Source: Selaginella moellendorffii (taxonomy: Eukaryota > Plantae > Lycopodiophyta). From it: a stretch of 64,000 nucleotides of DNA. Below, piece after piece: positions 63,804 through 64,000 of this stretch. The translations under genes were made by a program, and so were the position numbers. The stretch is from the NCBI RefSeq assembly GCF_000143415.4, contig NW_003314316.1, positions 1,138,666 through 1,202,665 on the forward strand, written 5' to 3'. Numbering within the stretch: position 1 is the first letter of the stretch; every line of letters starts with the position of its first letter. Below the pieces are notes generated by a model, which did no database searches, had not been told where the DNA came from, and saw only the letters and a list, made by a program, of their open reading frames with translations.

Positions 63804-64000
63804 CCCCCTCCCTCCCCTAGGGATGAAAATGAAAATGCCCTTCTCCTAGTTTCTATTTAACTTCAAACCTAGCCCTAAATCCGTTAACTTTTAAAAGGGT
63901 GGTCTTTCTTTATTACCATTAATAAGATAGAGCTTTACAGCTAAACCCGATTACTTTACAAAATTAGCTTAGTTCCTTCTCGGCACCACTCTATAATGTA

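Overview
Eukaryotic plant DNA with very short (about 45-70 bp) introns and tight gene packing; this is most consistent with a lycophyte such as Selaginella (inference, not verified). Two gene-dense blocks alternate with two transposon islands. Block 1 (14.9-22.3 kb): eIF3k, eIF4B, a USP-domain gene and a subtilase. Block 2 (49.5-63.8 kb): dirigent, EMC3, SIP aquaporin, UPL5 HECT ligase, ACOS5-like acyl-CoA synthetase, a UVR coiled-coil protein and FIP2. Island 1 (1-14.5 kb): an intact Ty3/Gypsy pol and 3' LTR, a 393-bp TRIM sharing that LTR's termini, and a decayed second Gypsy copy with three nested LTR insertions. It also holds a 5'-disrupted multi-exon gene that appears to join a degenerate beta-class amino-DNA-methyltransferase-like domain to an FCP1/NIF-type HAD phosphatase; this is the best candidate for an undescribed system. 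Island 2 (22.4-49.4 kb): AT-rich Gypsy, Copia and LINE relics, a solo LTR and three cytochrome P450 pseudogene pieces. Assembly gaps lie at 8768-9084 and 26563-26662. All alignments were made by eye.
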